Of a DNA stretch of 64,000 nt, positions 62,131 through 64,000 are shown piece after piece; within the stretch, counting starts at the first letter, position 1, and every line of letters begins with the position of its first letter. Position numbers and translations under genes: made by a program. The notes under the pieces are model-generated. The model saw only the letters and a program-made list of their open reading frames with translations. It had not been told where the DNA came from and ran no database searches. Origin of the DNA: an uncultured Ulvibacter sp. (GTDB taxonomy: Bacteria; Bacteroidota; Bacteroidia; Flavobacteriales; Flavobacteriaceae); contig CALSSW010000004.1 in assembly GCA_943789105.1 (NCBI GenBank), positions 59,365 through 123,364 of the forward strand. The letters are read 5' to 3'.

Positions 62131-63099
62131 CTATAGATATTGTGTTTGGTTTGTTTTCTCAAAATACTTTTTCATGATAAGCAGCGAAATAAGCCTCTCG
62201 TTTTTTGTGTCTTTAAACTGCTGTACATATGCATTGGCATTTTCAATGATTTGTAGTGCTTTGTCTTGATTTTTGATATAGTAGTTTAGCCGCTTTTCAA
62301 GGTCTGAGTAATCATCTTTAATTATAATGTAATGAACATCTGCCTCAAGTAATCCTTCCATAAACCATGTTTCAAATTTTGGCTTAGGCATTACTGCAAT
62401 TGACTGTGAGGACATCACCCATTTTAAATTACTTGCCACATCATTTCCCTCAAGGCATAAAATAAATTTATAGTCGATTTGCTGGTCTATGGTGAGCCTA
62501 GGTACTTTCCAAAGAGGATTTAAATCATTTGTGTTTACCCTTCCAATATTACACATTGGGTGCTTAAAATATTTTTCCATGAATTTAATTCTATGTGCTT
62601 GTGTTTTATGAACCTTACCCCGGCTAACTAGCATGTTCTTTTTCTCTAGAAAGGTTTTTGGGTCCTTTTTTATAAACATAAAGTGCCTCAATTTATTCCA
62701 TTTAAGTAGTACCGAATTTGCATTGTTATGAAGTATAGGCCTGCTTTTCACAAAAGTTGGTTGGCCAGGCACTTCTACAACATCACCAAAGAGAAATAAA
62801 CCTTTTAGTTTTTGATTAAAATACCTGCTGTATTGATACAGATCAAAGAAATATACTTTTGATCCCGGGACTGTTTTGATATCAGATAATTGCAAAGGGC
62901 TTTTTAAGGTTATGGTTTTTGATAGCTTGTTGTAATAATCTACTCTTTTTTGGATACCACTATGTTGTTTTTTACTATGTATTTTTTGCGCTAGCTTTTT
63001 TTGATAAAATGAACTAGGTATGAATTGCCTAATGTAATTAATCAGATAATAGGCAGCCTTATTGTTTTTGTGTTTGTAGCTTACTCTTTTAAGTTCCAT
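62131..63099 (-). CDS. Glycosyltransferase family 90 / lipopolysaccharide A-like protein
   Basis: FVKSRP, RHF, YKFILCLEGNDVASNLKW, ETWFMEG.L...HYI. Confidence 0.82.
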   Translation of the reverse strand: MELKRVSYKHKNNKAAYYLINYIRQFIPSSFYQKKLAQKIHSKKQHSGIQKRVDYYNKLSKTITLKSPLQLSDIKTVPGSKVYFFDLYQYSRYFNQKLKGLFLFGDVVEVPGQPTFVKSRPILHNNANSVLLKWNKLRHFMFIKKDPKTFLEKKNMLVSRGKVHKTQAHRIKFMEKYFKHPMCNIGRVNTNDLNPLWKVPRLTIDQQIDYKFILCLEGNDVASNLKWVMSSQSIAVMPKPKFETWFMEGLLEADVHYIIIKDDYSDLEKRLNYYIKNQDKALQIIENANAYVQQFKDTKNERLISLLIMKKYFEKTNQTQYL

Positions 63100-63111
63100 T
63101 ACGCTATTTTT

Positions 63112-63999
63112 TTAACGGGCTAGTTTTTTAAAACAATCTTCGGGTTGTTGCTTTACAAAATCTGTCAATGACTGTAAAACCTTATAATGGTCAAAAAAAT
63201 TAGGATCTGGCTTTATAAAATTAAAATGAGAATGTCTCCAAAAAGTCATAGCAGATCCTGCATATACAGTAAAGGCTTGTAGGACATTTATTTCTATATC
63301 TAGTAGTGTAAGCTCTCTTTGGTAGCCTTTTAAAAGAGCACTTACTTTTTCAAAATTAATGGTGTTGCCTTCTGCACAAATTCCAATAATGGTCATACCA
63401 ATATCATACACCCTATAATATTTTACGGCCTCTTCAAAATCCATAATAACTACAGTATCCTGCAACTCATTTACAATAACATTGTTACTAAAAACATCTG
63501 CATGAATAAGCCCTTGTGGTAGTTTTGAGTCAATAAAGGGTTGTATGTACTCAAGATTTTGTGTGAGCCAAGTATCAAACAATGAATTTGCTGCATATTT
63601 TTTTATGTTGCTAAATTCCTGTTTTCCAAAATTAGCATGATTTTGTAAATACTTTGGCGCTTCTACTTTATGAAGTTTTCCAAGCTGAGATCCTATTAAT
63701 GTTATTAAGTGCTTTGGCAAGTGTTCTATTATCGTTCCTTCAACAAAACTTTTTACCATCACAGGTTTTCCTTGCCAAAGGGTAAGTAATTTATTGTCTA
63801 GGGTTCTTATAAGGGTAGAGGTTTCAAAATTGTTATGAGCAAGATGCTCTAGTAATTGCGCAAGTTCTGTAGCATTTTTCTCTGTTTTTAATTCACAAAT
63901 TGTAACTACAAGTTTTTTACGTTTTGTATGTACTTTATAGTTTGTATTCTCTGAACCCCCGCTTAAAATTTTTAAGGATTTTATTTGTTTAACGCCATA
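63112..63999 (-). CDS. Homoserine kinase type II / APH-family phosphotransferase (5' end off the window)
   Basis: Frame stays open to the window edge: GGSENTNY, LPQGLIHADVF..N, IMDFEEA. Confidence 0.8.
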   Translation of the reverse strand, partial: YGVKQIKSLKILSGGSENTNYKVHTKRKKLVVTICELKTEKNATELAQLLEHLAHNNFETSTLIRTLDNKLLTLWQGKPVMVKSFVEGTIIEHLPKHLITLIGSQLGKLHKVEAPKYLQNHANFGKQEFSNIKKYAANSLFDTWLTQNLEYIQPFIDSKLPQGLIHADVFSNNVIVNELQDTVVIMDFEEAVKYYRVYDIGMTIIGICAEGNTINFEKVSALLKGYQRELTLLDIEINVLQAFTVYAGSAMTFWRHSHFNFIKPDPNFFDHYKVLQSLTDFVKQQPEDCFKKLAR

Positions 64000-64000
64000 G

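Overview
AT-rich chromosomal segment from a Bacteroidota (Flavobacteriaceae-type, probably marine) bacterium. The lineage call rests on gldI, T9SS C-terminal sorting domains, TAnnTTTG -7 promoter elements and a fused ResB-CcsA. It is mostly core genes (ndk, recF, ribH, mutL, two rhomboids, lepB, dapB, parAB, methylmalonyl-CoA mutase, udk, katG, panB, ccsA, fumC, miaE, trmL, dnaK, men genes) plus two divergent tRNA-Pro genes. I see no CRISPR array, IS element, integrase or prophage. Most interesting signals: (1) two DNA-repair loci 20 kb apart, a DEDDh/GIY-YIG nuclease and umuDC, carry identically built tandem GGA-N5-TCC operators 19 bp apart, and the UmuD has lost both catalytic residues (S60E, K97I); (2) an unannotated 55-aa CxxC..CxxC microprotein sits 6 bp upstream of a DUF6884-like gene; (3) an H-NOX / response regulator / PAS-GAF-PAS-PAS kinase module lies behind a T9SS esterase gene; (4) a membrane-bound 7TM-LuxR regulator has a 22-bp palindrome in its promoter; (5) dnaK has a sigma54-like promoter. 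All family assignments come from motif recognition, not database searches.
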